A DNA stretch of 34,657 bases from a virus (taxonomy: Duplodnaviria; Caudoviricetes): IMG/VR virus record IMGVR_UViG_3300042366_001181, positions 1 to 34,657 of that record; one strand, written 5' to 3'. Numbering within the stretch: the first letter of the stretch is position 1; every line of letters begins with the position of its first letter. Of the stretch, positions 34,609 to 34,657 are shown piece after piece. Under the pieces are notes generated by a model. That model made no database searches and was not told where the DNA came from. It was given only the letters and a program-made list of their open reading frames with translations. Both the position numbers and the translations under genes were made by a program.

Positions 34609-34657
34609 TGAGGTAGCACGCACTTTGCTCCCCTGGGTTCATGTCGCCAACTCGGCA

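Overview
Most of the genome of a temperate, podovirus-like tailed phage in its excised (attP-intact) form. The host is probably a Verrucomicrobia-type bacterium, inferred from the RpoA-like 'SVNEIELSVR' segment and the host-type repeats. Nearly all genes are on the + strand: lysis module (1-1.5 kb); nozzle-like and tail-fibre genes; three ejection-type proteins; a 1987-aa polyvalent protein with a zeta-toxin-like P-loop kinase domain; a minus-strand moron (Xis-HTH + two RNAP alpha-CTDs + a copy of the terminase N-terminus); attP (5' half of tRNA-Arg-ACG plus arm-type repeats); tyrosine integrase; an exported-protein cassette (PEGA lipoprotein, FGE/SUMF1 protein); a divergent pair of ribbon-helix-helix regulators with palindromic operators; Xis; TerS-like protein; replication initiator; DnaB; many small genes; TerL; metallophosphoesterase; scaffold; major capsid; decoration protein. 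I recognise no portal gene in the window. Most unusual signals: the terminase-like segment in the alpha-CTD moron, GTAG-type REP hairpins with compensatory changes inserted in frame in phage genes, 7/8-mer tandem repeats at gene junctions, and a strong G/C skew inversion near 18-20 kb with no change of coding strand. All product calls come from motifs and gene context read by eye, not from database searches.
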